Of a stretch of DNA of 64,000 nt, positions 1 through 12,451 are shown one piece after another. The stretch's first letter is position 1. Each line of letters starts with the position of its first letter. Location of the stretch: NCBI GenBank assembly GCA_001244265.2, contig CDLV01000010.1, forward strand, positions 1 to 64,000, given 5' to 3'. Below the pieces are notes generated by a model. That model was not told where the DNA came from and did no database searches. It saw only the letters and a program-made list of their open reading frames with translations. Source of the DNA: Microbotryum violaceum. Lineage: Eukaryota. The translations under genes were made by a program, and so were the position numbers.

Positions 1-67
1 GGCTCAGGCTTACTCGGTGCACAAAGTTTCACGCTGCACTGCCATCTCGCAATGCCCGAGGAATTCC

Positions 68-917
68 CCGTGCACCTCGATTTGACGGTTTTCGCCTTGT
101 TGGGGCCTTCAGAGTCGAAAAAGTGGATTTCAGCAGTGCACGAGCAATTGACCGTGCACCTCGATTTGACGGTTTTCCACCTGTTCCGCCCTTCAGAGTC
201 GAAAAAGTGGATTTCAGCAGTGCACGAGCAATCGACCGTGCACCTCGATTTGACGGTTTTGGCTTGTGCCGCCCTTCAGAGTCGAAAAAGTGGATTTCAG
301 CAGTGCACGAGCAATCGACCGTGCACCTCGATTTGACGGTTTTTGGCTTGTGCCGCCCTTCAGAGTCGAAAAAGTGGATTTCAGCAGTGCACGAGCAATC
401 GACCGTGCACCTCGATTTGACGGTTTTGGCTTGTGCCGCCCTTCAGAGTCGAAAAAGTGGATTTTAGCAGTGCACGAGCAATCGACCGTGCACCTCGATT
501 TGACGGTTTTTGGCTTGTGCCGCCCTTCAGAGTCGAAAAAGTGGATTTCAGCAGTGCACGAGCAATCGACCGTGCACCTCGATTTGACGGTTTTTGGCTT
601 GTGCCGCCTTCAGAGTCGAAAAGGTGGATTTCAGCAGTGCACGAGCAATCGACCGTGCACCTCGATTTGACGGTTTTTGGCTTGTGCCGCCCTTCAGAGT
701 CGAAAAAGTGGATTTCAGCAGTGCACGAGCAATCGACCGTGCACCTCGATTTGACGGTTTTTGGCTTGTGCCGCCCTTCAGAGTCGAAAAAGTGGATTTC
801 AGCAGTGCACGAGCAATTGACCGTGCACTGTCAATTTTCATTTTCACTGGGAATTTGGGTTCTATTCCAAAACGTATCCCGGAATTGGCCTGTACCCCAC
901 CTATGATACGTATATAC
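68..917. repeat. 84-bp tandem-array element, copy 1 (left end missing; ~9 units plus fixed right terminus)
   Basis: Unit GTGGATTTCAGCAGTGCACGAGCAATCGACCGTGCACCTCGATTTGACGGTTTTTGGCTTGTGCCGCCCTTCAGAGTCGAAAAA repeats head-to-tail (28-aa period in the ORF track). It ends in ...CACTGTCAATTTTCATTTTCACTGGG...CTATGATACGTATATAC, shared with copies 2 and 3. Confidence 0.95.
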
Positions 918-968
918 TGTGGTTGATGTTCTTCACACCCAAAACCATCAAGCGACTCACCACCCCGG

Positions 969-2947
969 GTGTCATCAATCTCGCGGGTTCCTCGAGTAGG
1001 CACCCTCGAAGTCAAGAAAGGACCGCCCGAGCCTCGGAAGGCATCTCATAGTGATGTACGGGCCGCAAAAAAAAACGTCGCATCGGCAAAAGCGGACAAC
1101 TTGCTTGCGCCAGCTGACACCAAACCGCACGCTACGTCAGCCGATGCTGAACCAAACGCTACCTCAATGCATCCAAAGTCGTTCTTGCCTATCATCAACA
1201 AACAAGAGAAGAGTCGTTATGATGCTATGGTAGCGGATTCTTGCAGCTGGGCCTGCATGCCAATGTGGTCCAAGATTCGAGCGGCGTCTGACACCCATTT
1301 TGACTTCTTCCTCAATGATCTCGTCGTTCCGATTGGGTCTCATGCGTACACCAAGAATCTGAAAAATCAGGGTATTAAATGGAGCGGCATCAAGGGGATC
1401 AAAGCCCCCCAGACCATCACCCACTTGATGAAGGAGTGGTTGAACTCCAAGTTCTTGGATATCAATGTGTTCACCGACGAGTTCCTTCCGATCCCGGCCA
1501 ACGTGCGCAACAAATGGTCGGGTGTGGCAAAGAACGCCCGTGACGCACATCACCACACCCCAGCGGCTGCCGCTAAGGCAAATTCCAGTACCAAAGATCC
1601 TCTTCCCAAGCTGCCTCATGTAAGTCAAGTTTATTGTGACAAGGAGTGCACCTGGGCTGCGGATGGGCGCTTCGGCCCTTGCACTCATTCTTGCGCGACT
1701 ACCTCGCTCTTGATCATGTCTCTTGGGCTCCTCTTGCGGTGCAAGATTGCTGACTCGTTCTTGGTGGTTTTGGCCGTGCCTATTAGGCTGTTCGGTTGGA
1801 TAAATATTATCATCACTTTATCAAGGTCATTTTCCGCCAGTCGGCTATGAAGAAGCATGTCTTGGACAACGCCTTTGAGGCCGCCCCTGAGAACACCTCT
1901 GGTTCGGAGGAAGACGCTGGCGCAAAGACATCTTTCAAAGGCAAGGCGAGCAAGGCTCGGGCGATTCAAACGCAGGCGCGCACGTTACTCGAAGATTCGC
2001 GTGCAATCGATCTCGGTGTCTTGGCTTGCGAGTCTTTCACCGTCCGTCCATCTGGGACACAACTCGATGCCGCGCTCCTCGCGTTCCTATCGTCCCTTGT
2101 GGCGAGTGGTGCTGTAGTCAAGTTCAAGGTGGGCACACTTGCTGCCAAATTCCCCCCTAAAGTACTGAGACTAACATCTACTTTCTGTTTGCAGGCGACA
2201 CCAATCACCGTGAAGAAGCTCGATCAACACCTGAAATGCTTCCGTGCAGAGGCAGATGTCATCACCACCATGGAAGGCTACCTTGATTGGGCTGCGGGCC
2301 CTGAGTACAAGAGTGAAGAAGAGGACGAGGAAGTCGTTGCTGGCAAGGGCAAGGGAGCTGTGGTCAAGTCTGGAGGCCGGCATTGTACTGGCGCACCCAC
2401 TCCCACTCGCAAAGGAGGCACGCAGCAAAAGGTAAAACCCATGGACGTTGACTTGTCCAAGGAGGTGGGTACCGATGCCGAAGATTGTCCGGCTGTGTCG
2501 AACAAGAGTGCAGCTTCGGGTCGTCAGTTGCCGGTCAGCAATGCGAACTACGGTGACATCACTGGACTAGCTGTACATGACTCGTCCTCGCCAATGCCGC
2601 TCGAGCCAGAACTCCGTGACGCATCGGAGAGCCCTATCAAGAACTCTGCCTCTGATCCACAACGAGCCAAGGGGGCCAAGGTCGCTCCACCCGTTTCTTC
2701 GCCAATGCCCGTGCGCTTGAACCCCAACCGATTCAATGGGTTGTCCATTGCTGGCCCGTCAAATGACAAGATGGGTAAGGCCGAAAGCGACAGTAGGAAG
2801 AGGAAGGCTGAACGCGACATATCCCCGCCCAAAACCAAGCAGACGACGCTGGCCACGAAGCCGACCACCACTTCCTCTGCCTCCAAACAGTCAAAGTTGA
2901 CTGCCATGCAAAAACGCCGTCTGAACACAGCTCCCTCCGGTAAATGA
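969..2947 (+). CDS. Hypothetical multi-exon protein with K/S/P-rich C-terminus; start uncertain
   Basis: Long ORFs 969-1850 and 1796-2947 joined by plausible introns (GTAAGT ~1620 to TAG ~1787; GTACTG ~2162 to CAG ~2194). No family recognised. Confidence 0.45.
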
Positions 2948-3199
2948 TAATTCATCCCCATTATCTTCCAAAAGCAGTATGTCATGAAACTGTAATCATA
3001 TTCACAATGTAAACCAACCCTGGATGGTACAATTGTGGAAGTCTTCAGCGTAGATTGCAACATTTCATCGTTCAAGGATTTTAATGGACCTGTCAAATAG
3101 TGGTCTTTTTTCTCTAACATGTCGCCCTGTTTTCATTTTTATGTCACTTCACTCAAACTGGATCCGTTCCTTGGATCAGCTTGCAAACTTGGTTCGATT

Positions 3200-4780
3200 G
3201 AGCCCTCAACGCTCAGACCTCAGTGAAGAGTCGACGATCATTCTTCTGGGAGACGGACTGGAAACGGTTGCGAGCGGTTTGGAGTCCAAAGAGTTGAGTT
3301 GAGCGCAGGCGGAAGTCTAAGACCAGGTGGAGCAAATCAACCATCAAACATGAGCAATATTGCACACACTTGCAACATAAGGTGTGGAGGGAGGTAAGGA
3401 CTTCGGTTGAAGGCATGCACTGACCTTGCAGGCGTACGCACGCTTAGTGACTGCTCACCCCAAAGACTTCGTCGACACATGCGTGGTGAGTGCATGAACA
3501 AGCGAAGCGAGAGGGAAAGAAGCACTGTGCGTGGCTGAGCGTATTCCATGACCAAATGACCAGGGTCTGCACGAATGTACAAGTCACAGAGATGGAATGG
3601 TGATCACACGTATCCAGTCGGTCGAGCAAATCGCCGAGGTTGATTGAGAGTGCGGAGGATCGTCAAGGTCCAATGCCGAATTCGAGCGCGGAGTGGTCCG
3701 AAGAAGCCCGAGTCCTGGCTGTATGGATCATTGTGCGCAATGTAGGACGGTGTTTGAGTAAGATGTCAGCGGATGAGGAGGTGTTCCGTGAGAAATCTTG
3801 AGAGCTTTATCAGCAAGTCAATTGGTTGATGCGATCGACAAGGGAAGAACCCAGCATGCAAGTGCGGTCAACTTGAACGGCAAGGAGACGACCGGGAATG
3901 TGGGATGTTTAGAGCGACAAGTTGAGACGTAGTGGCTTTGGACGGATGACTCGAAGAGCTGGATCACGAGTGCGGAAGTTTGAGTGGATCGCGGCGGGGT
4001 TGAGACGGATGAAAGTGCTTGAGCCGATGATGGTCTCGGACTCGACATTGACGAGAACAGTCGGGTCGTGCAACAGATGTTCCAACAAACCCCGAGCTAG
4101 CCGCGTCGATGAGACTCTTCGACTCAATCAAGAAAGAGATGTGAGGGATTGCATTCGTGTGCTTGATTGACGTTGACGACGCGAGGCGATCGTGGTGAAG
4201 CGGTGACCGAATACGTGTCCGACCGAGAACGCTCGAGCGATGCATTGACCTAAGCTTGAAGGCTGCTGAAAGTGACCGCACTCTCTCAGGTTGCAGTCTT
4301 TGTATCGTGTTGAAGACGGCAGTGTTGTTGACCACGTGGTGCGACGTCGCACCGTGCGCAAATCAGTCGGCTTGAAGTGACACGTCGAGCTGTAGTTGGG
4401 AGAGACCGAGTTGCATCTTGCACATTGCATGGCGCATGTGAACGATGTGAAAGCATGTGAAGTCGAGGTGTGGCGTGGCGCGATCAGTGCCGAGTCCGAG
4501 TCGAGTGGTCCGAGTGAGAAGTGAGTGGCGAGAGGGAAAGGAGCGTTGGCGCGCGCGAGTCCGAAGTCGAGCCTATCAGCTAACCGCGCGAGAACCCGAA
4601 GCTCCGAGTCGGCGCACTCGGCGGTGAGATCGGTCTCCGATTGGCTCAGGTCCAGTCAACCTTTAAAGGCGTATATCTTTTTGAAACTCGAAAAGGGATG
4701 CGAGAAAGTTCCAAGGCTAGAGAGAGCGAGTAATTCCGAGGTCAGGGCTTGGCCGGGGTCGTTGAACGAGTGAGTCGGCC
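3200..4780 (-). pseudogene. Degenerate copy of an unidentified repeated sequence/gene family (paralog of 10300-12070)
   Basis: Shares collinear blocks with 11330-12070, e.g. CCGCGTCGATGAGACTCTTCGACTCAATCAAGAAAGA (4101/11353), AACGCTCGAGCGATGCAT (4228/11830) and GCGATCAGTGCCGAGTC (4480/11971). Only short ORFs; strand inferred. Confidence 0.35.
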
Positions 4781-5645
4781 GGCGTCCGCGGCAAACACGT
4801 CGACTCGTCCAGGTCACTGAGCGTGCTTGTACAATTGACATTATTTTAAGGAAGGGCTGTTCTGGGCATTTAGATGAGTTATGTCGGAAGATTGAGGGAA
4901 AGACATCGTATTCGGGAGCACATTTTTGATCCGATTACGGGCGAGATCATCGCGCGATGGTAGACGAGACTCCGAGTCATAGTCACGCCAGGCGTGTCTT
5001 GGAAGCAGGTCTCACTGGGAGTCCCTCGCAGACCGCACTACTATGATATGAATGAAGAGAGAGGTATATCTGGTAGCGTTGAGATTAGGCTTTCTTTAAT
5101 AGAACGTCGGTGACAAGATGAAGCGGTCGGCACTTCGTTTGCGCACAACTTGAAGTTCGGTCACCAAATACACATGCTATCATGTTCTCCTTGCAGATGA
5201 AAAGTGGGTCTACTCATACAATTGTTCAACAGCATCATTATTATCTGATCTCGATGTGTACCTAAAATCAAGTGAACGGACATGTCCGTACAATTATTCT
5301 GGCCCGAGGACAAAAAGCAGTGGACGCGCGGGCGCCCCAAAGTCGTCAAGGCCACAAAGACTAGTGTCCTTGAGTATACTCAAAGCACAATGCATAATAG
5401 CACAAATTAAGCATGTACACATCAGTTGGGATTGGGACAGATTTACAATAAACTTATTTACGTCTACAAGTCCTCAAGTCTGCCGTGCCTCAGCTCCAGC
5501 GATATACCGAAGCCCGAAATGGGTTTCCCATTTCGGAAATCGCGAGCGCCGGTGGCCGAAGGCTGAGAGTGCGGCTGGCCCACCCCTCTCTCCAACTTAA
5601 TACCACAGAATCCTCGCGCGAGCTTCTTTGCAAGCGCCTCGCGGA

Positions 5646-6527
5646 AGTCTGTGCCATGTGATATTTGGCAATGGCCCATATATACAGTGGATTTCAGCAG
5701 TGCGCGAGCAATTGACCGTGCACCTCGATTCGACGGTTTTTGGCGTGTGCCGCCCTTCAGAGTCGAAAAAGTGGATTTTAGCAGTGCACGAGCAATCGAC
5801 CGTGCACCTCGATTTGACGGTTTTGCCAAAAAAGTGGATTTCAGCAGTGCACGAGCAATCGACCGTGCACCTCGATTTGACGGTTTTTGACTTGTGCCGC
5901 CCTTCAGAGTCGAAAAAGTGGATTTCAGCAGTGCACGAGCAATCGACCGTGCACCTCGATTTGACGGTTTTTGGCGTGTGCCGCCCTTCAGAGTCGAAAA
6001 AGTGGATTTTAGCAGTGCACGAGCAATCGACCGTGCACCTCGATTTGACGGTTTTTGGCTTGTGCCGCCCTTCAGAGTCGAAAAAGTGGATTTCAGCAGT
6101 GCACGAGCAATTGACCGTGCACCTTGATTTGACGGTTTTTGGCTTGTGCCGCCCTTCAGAGTCGAAAAAGTGGATTTCAGCAGTGCACGAGCAATCGACC
6201 GTGCACCTCGATTTGACGGTTTTGCCGAAAAAGTGGATTTCAGCAGTGCACGAGCAATTGACCGTGCACCTCGATTTGACGATTTTCGGCTTGTGCCGCC
6301 CTTCAGAGTCGAAAAAGTGGATTTTAGCAGTGCACGAGCAATCGACCGTGCACCTCGATTTGACGGTTTTTGACTCGTGCCGCCCTTCAGAGTCGAAAAA
6401 GTGGATTTCAGCAGTGCACGAGCAATTGACCGTGCACTGTCAATTTTCATTTTCACTGGGAATTTGGGGTTCTATTCCAAAACGTATCCCGGAATTGGCC
6501 TGTACCCCACCTATGATACGTATATAC
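5646..6527. repeat. 84-bp tandem-array element, copy 2 (both termini present)
   Basis: Left terminus AGTCTGTGCCATGTGATATTTGGCAATGGCCCATATATAC, then ~9.5 units (two shortened to 63 bp), then the same right terminus as copies 1 and 3. Confidence 0.95.
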
Positions 6528-6724
6528 TGCCCCGTAACCCATCACGCCCAGGGCCTTCACAGTAAGTTGGCCACAGTGAGTTGGCCCATAATAGACCGAG
6601 CTTGGCCTTGTTTTGATTCGTATGACTGACGCCACTGGCCCACGCCCCAATTGGGGCCGTTGCAGTGACCGCCCGCGCCGACACGAACCTCGCGCGCCCG
6701 AGCGCCGGCGCGTCGACAGGGCCA

Positions 6725-9520
6725 ATGCGCAGGAGCGCGCGCATCGCTGAAAGGAACGCGAAGGCCGTGGCACACGCCGTCGACTCGCCCGCTTAGGCTC
6801 TTGCCTCGACCTCGACCTCGCCCTCTCGAGGGCCGCACAATGTTTTTGGTCCATCTGGACCGCTTCGGAGATCCTCTCGGCTCTGTCGGATGCTCGATCG
6901 TGCGAGGCCGCCTCCCGGGGCGATCGTAATGGGGTCGATTGAGTCGACGATACCAAGGGAGAGACCGCGTCCCTCAGTTCGGCGAGGTCGTACGCGTTGG
7001 CGGTTGCGCTTGAGGCCGGGGCCGAGTTGCAGCCGCTGAAATTGAGGTCGAGGGCGAGGGCGAGGTCGTTGGGGCGTGGGCCAGTGGCGTCAGTCATACG
7101 AGTCAAAACAAGGCGCCGTCGACTCGCCCGCTCAGGCTCTTGCCTCGACCTCGCCCTCGCCCTCGACCTCGCCCTCGCCCTCGCCCTCGCCCTCGCCCTC
7201 GCCCTCGCCCTCGATTTCAGCGGCTGCAAACTCGGCCCCGACCTCAAGCGCAACCGCCAACGCGTACGACCTCGCCGAACTGAGGGACGCGGTCTCTCCC
7301 TTGGTATCGTCGACTCAATCGACCCCATTACGATCGCCCCGGGAGGCGGCCTCGCACGATCGAGCATCCGACAGAGCCGAGAGGATCTCCGAAGCGGTCC
7401 AGATGGACCAAAAACATTGTGCGGCCCTCGAGGCCTACTTCTTCGGCCATCCGACCGCTGACGAGCTCGCTAACAAGATCTGGCCCAAGGAGTTCAAGAT
7501 GGGCACCGAAGAAGCGCTGGGCGAGGTCATAGCAGGTGTCATCAACACGGTGAGTCGACGCCTGGATCGCTTGACATCGAGGGTGTATGTTCCTTCGAGA
7601 GCTGACTCGCCTTCTCACTGCCGTTTGTCTCACTGTTGGACCTCTAGACTGGAGACCGGCGACTGGTCGCCTGCCAGAACTCGCCCCAGTACATCAGCGT
7701 CGCACCTGACCGTGTGGAGACGACCGAGAAGACGGCCGACGTCGTGCTCTTGACCCACGCTGCGGTCGCGCACGACCCAACCCTCCGAATGTATGGGCCC
7801 TTCCCAGTCACGCCGATCCGGCCAAGAAACTCGACGCCGATGCGGGCCCCGCCACCAACGTGAACTCCAACGCGAACGAAAACGGCAAGGGCCAGCCTCA
7901 CGACGAGGACAACAACGCAGAAGAAGACAGCACGAACACGGCCAAGGTCAAGGACAAGGACAAGGTGGGCCTGAACCAGGCCAAACGCTCCTGTACGCAA
8001 GTGGCCGCCGTCGGCGAGACCAAAGCCGGCACCTCCAACGCCGAGCGCCAGTTGTTCCGACGGTTGTCGGCACTCCTCGCAACGCCGATTCGCGAACATG
8101 CGATCGGGTTCACCCTTCGCGGCGAACGTCTCAAGGTCTACGTGATGTCTGCTTGCGGGGTGTTCTCTACCAAATCTAGAACAGTCACCGAAGAGAATGG
8201 AGAGCTGTCGACGTTCTTGTACCGTCTCGTCCAACACAGCGATCGGCTTAACGGCATTCTAGCGACCACAACCTCGCTCGACGACCGCTACGGCCCGTTC
8301 ACGCTCTGCCCCGACTTCTTCCGCCGGCGGCCTCCGAGTTCAGCGGGGAGCAACGACGATGTCCAACGTCAAGATCAAGGAGCTCATCTTTCGTCGACAA
8401 AGAGAGTGCGGCCGCGCAACGTCGACATACGAGGTCAAACTTGCTGAGGGCGCCAACATCAGGACCTTCGCAATGACGATCATCTGGGTCGAGGAGTCGC
8501 GCAACTCGGACTTGGCCGAGATCCGCAACGTGATCCAAGAAAAGAGACCTCGAGGGCTCGCTCCACTGGTCGGCGTCTTTCGCACCGAATATAGGACCCT
8601 CCCCGTGTTCCTACCCGGCAACGAATCCCTTGACGGTGTCACCCCGCGGGCAAGGGAGGTCGTCGTTCACGAAGAACGCTACTACCCACTCGCCACACTC
8701 GAAAACGCGAAGCAGCTCGCGCGCGCTCTCGAGGGTGCGATTGAGGGTGAGTGCTCAGAGCAGAGCGGGACAGCGCGCTGAAGGGTGTGCCAACACTGAC
8801 GACCCTTTGCCTTGCGTGACAGGGCATCGCCAGCTTTGGAATTACGGCTTCATCCACCGGGACGTGTCCTATGGCAACGTCATGGTGGACCGTAAAGGCG
8901 ATGGAGTGTTGATTGATTACAATCTGGCGGTGAAGAAGGCCCGAACGGCGGAAGAAGAGTGTCGCCTCAGCCGCTCGGTACGTTCTTCTCGTGTCCTTGC
9001 TAGCCCTTCACACGTTCTTGGTCTCACCTAACTCCTTTCCATCCTTCCCCTGTACAACGATCAACCACAGGGCACGCTACCCTACATCTCTCGACTCCTG
9101 CTCAGCCCCGCAACCGAGGGTGTGGTGCACGAGCGCTGGCATGATGTAGAATCATTCTTTTATGCGGCGTGCCGTACGGCTTTCCAACCTGAATCTGAAT
9201 CTGCCGACGCGCGACTTTTCGAGAAGCCGGACGCCGCGGATATCTGGAACGCGTGGAATGCCAAGAAGCTCAAAGATGCAGCAGCCAGGAAAAATGGGCT
9301 GTCTACGGAACACGGCTTCGAGGAGCTCCTGAACGCATGCGCATTTCGTTGGTGTGGCGTGGAGAAGGTTCTGAGTGTCCTGCAGCAAAATTGCTCGCTG
9401 GATTGGTCTTTCGCAAGGGTGAGACCCATCAATACAGAGCCAGAACTTGCGTCGCTTTGGAACTCGGGTCAGATGTCGTATGAACATGTCCAGGCGGCTT
9501 TCAATGCCCTTTGCAAGTAG
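6725..9520 (+). pseudogene. FunK1 (fungal-type protein kinase) gene, disrupted
   Basis: Motifs FIHRDVSYGNVM, GVLIDYNLA, GTLPYIS and HERWHDVESFFY, with GT-AG introns (~7550-7648, ~8748-8822, ~8977-9070). Early TAG near 6794, an inverted duplication at the 5' end and a frameshift near 8320-8350. Confidence 0.8.
6826..7432. repeat. ~240-bp near-perfect inverted duplication inside the FunK1 5' region
   Basis: 6826-~7065 is the reverse complement of ~7195-7432. The peptide ATANAYDLAELRDAVSPLVSS...HCAALE appears on both strands. Confidence 0.9.
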
Positions 9521-10299
9521 AACCATGCTCAATATCTGCGTTCCTGTTGTGCAATCTTTATAGACGAATGTGAATGCAATACTAGACTTCGTACTGCGCG
9601 TTATGATCAAACTCCTAGATCCTGCATGCGCAGACCAATCGACATCATCCTGCCGAACCCGATGCGATCGACGACAGGAGTGGGCGACCTTAGGTGGGAT
9701 TGCGGCGAGGCTATAACGAAAGCAAGCCTCCATTGACCAGACAGGAGCACCGAAGCTTCAGTAGTGTTTTTCTTCCTGTTTATATGGGCACTTTTCAAAC
9801 ACCAAATCCCAAATCCCCCGCCAGCTGCCCGCCAGCTCTGCGCGCGCTGTCCAACGCAATCCTTGCAAAGATGATCGGACGAGCACCATCTGGTATTTGA
9901 GATGGCGGCGGCCCCCACTGCCTTCGGCCACTGAGAGCTCTCGCGATCTCTGAAATGGAAAATAATCGAATGCGGTTCATCACGACACATCATACATCCA
10001 TCATCGGAGCGGTAATTCGCCCTGGCGGAGCAATGAACCGCCCACACAATCACGTGTTCGAACGCTCACCCGGAGATGACGGTCAGCGATCATGGAAGCT
10101 GGGCTCTACATGATCATGCGACAATGCGGGTTGGGGTTCACACAATGATGTGACGATTCGATTCATGTTGGGGTTCACGTGCATTACATCACAAAGCGTC
10201 TCTTCCATGTACCCATGCCCTCCTACATCATGTTCCAACACCGTCCACGGACAGCACCATCACAGTTTCATATCGATCATGTCAGCGGTTAGCGCCACG

Positions 10300-12070
10300 C
10301 GGTCGGAGTCGAATCGGTCGAATTGAAATGTATCGACTGGCGTATCGGGTCGCGTTCAAACACGGTGTCAGAGAGATAGGATCGTCGACGTTATAAGTAT
10401 CGTCGAGTTGAAGCTCGAGTTGACCGGACGAGTTGGAGTGGTGATTTGGGCAAGGTGGGCACATCGAGGCGGACACATGTCAGTTGGGGCTTGATCGTTC
10501 ATCGAGTATGGCCGAAGCAAGTTGCCTGGGAGATGGACGGGTCCAGCTGATCATCGATCGTCCGAGTGCCGAACGGTCCGAGTCGAGACGACGCTGCTCG
10601 ATGAAGTGGCTCGAGTGCCGAGCCAGCCGAAAACAGCGCAGAAGAGTCAAGCTGATCGCAAGGAAATGACGGACTTCGGGTCGGGAGAAGTCGTATTCGT
10701 GATGGCAGGATCGAGTCAGAAGCTCGTGGAATCGGGTGTGAGCGATGATGAAGCAAATCGGTGGGAAGCTGACGATGGGTGACCTGCGAGTTCGATCTTG
10801 CGCGCTAGGGATGTCGGGCAATGCTGTGGAAGACAGATGAGCGTTTGCAGTAGTTTCAGTATTGACGGGACTTGCGGAGAGGATGACTGGGCTGGAGAGG
10901 AGAGCATACCAGATTGGGGACCTGGTTGATCGAGCTAATGCGCCGGTGGGGATGCAAAGATCACGGGGAAGTGTCGAGCTGGGTGCGGCGACACAAATCA
11001 AGACGAGGTGAGGTCAAGCGTGGCGATAGGTGAAGTGCCATAGGATTCGAGAAGGGGCCGATTGTGGGATCGGCGCTCATGATGAGTAGGTCAGGTCAGT
11101 TGATGACAGTGAGTCCATGGCGATCGAGCACGAGTGCGGTGGAAGGTTGATGGTCGAGGCGGTCGAGGCGGTCGAGGTGGCCGTCGCGAGGGGCGAGCAG
11201 ATTGTTACTTCGCACGTCGTGGTGATGAGATGGGCACGGGCAGGGGAGACCGAGCTTCAAAGGTTTGTCGGTTCGGTCGGTCGAAGTGCGGATGGGCATC
11301 GGTCAAATATTCGCCGAGTCGAGCAAGAGATGTTCCGACAACCCCAAGCTTGCCGCGTCGATGAGACTCTTCGACTCAATCAAGAAAGACATGTGACGGC
11401 GAGTGACTGCATTCGTGTGATTGGCCTGACGTTGACGACGCGAGTGAACAATGTGGGGGTGGCGGAGGAGATCGTCACAGGTCGACAGTGGTGTTCGGGG
11501 TGGAGCGACGAGGATTGAGTGATGTGTGCATCAATTCGAGAGCTCAGGAAAGCTGAGCATCTCTTCGATGGTGCTGATGAGGGATGCGCAGAGTATGGTC
11601 GTACAAGTCACAGAGCGGTTTGGTGCCAAGCTCGGATGCCAGCGAGTCGGCCAATGTCGAACGCGCGATCTGAACTAGTGGTGGGCAGCAAAGTCGAACA
11701 TGAAGTGAGCAAATGCGGCAAAAGCTGAGGACTATCTGAATGAAGAGCTCACCACACTCATCCGTCGAGTACCTAGTGGGCGATTGAGGTGAACGAGGCG
11801 ATGCGGTGACCGTGCACGTGTCCTACCAAAAACGCTCGAGCGATGCATCGACGCAAGCTAGCACGCTGCTGAAAGTGATCACGCCCTCTCAGGTGGAGGT
11901 GTAAGGCTTATCGTGCCAAAGACGATGATGGAACGATGTGAAAGCGTGTGGGGTCGACTTGCGGCGTGGTGCGATCAGTGCCGAGTCTTGTCAGGTGGTG
12001 CGAGTGAAAAGTGAGTGGGGAGAGGGACAGGGGTGTTGGCACGCGCGAACGTGAAGCCGAGCCTAGCACT
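10300..12070 (-). pseudogene. Second degenerate copy of the unidentified family at 3200-4780
   Basis: Collinear nucleotide matches to 4080-4575; no long ORF; left limit approximate. Confidence 0.35.
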
Positions 12071-12084
12071 GACGTTGGCCCGGT

Positions 12085-12285
12085 CATTTGCGCGCGAGAC
12101 GCTGTTCTACCAGCACGTCTTCCCCCACCTTCCCGACCATCTTCGCAAAAATCTGCCGCAATATCACAGCACGCACCGAAGGACCAATGGCAACGGATAT
12201 GTCATGGTATCTGAAGATTTGGGAACAATGATGAACGAGCTCAGCGACTTCTACGGAACGCCCGGCCAGTTGTGGGAAGTTCCTA
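12085..12285 (+). pseudogene. Inverted, diverged fragment of the adjacent kinase-like gene
   Basis: RETLFYQHVFPHLPDHLRKNLPQYHSTHRRTNGNGY matches RETLFYQHVLPHLPEHLRKHIPQYHGTYRRTNGNGY encoded on the minus strand at ~12770-12875. Confidence 0.85.
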
Positions 12286-12451
12286 AAGGGCGGCGCACTG
12301 AATCCAGCCACAACTACGACGCGGACGAGATGAACGAGATGACGAGCGTTGCGCATTGCAGATGAACCTGAGGGAAAGTGCGTACAAAATATAAAACAAG
12401 CATAGAAGAAAGATAAAACAGAGACCTCAGAAGGAGGAGGAGAGAAAAGAT

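Noticed and set aside
68-830. CRISPR array
   Set aside because: Units are contiguous with no unique spacers; eukaryotic context and no cas genes.
917-5645. LTR retrotransposon bounded by array copies 1 and 2
   Set aside because: No gag/pol, PBS or TG...CA ends; a third copy is isolated.
5464-6629. 330-aa repetitive ORFs on both strands (also 52-1015 and 32850-33451)
   Set aside because: By-product of a stop-poor 84-bp unit; 83-bp units in copy 1 shift frames freely.
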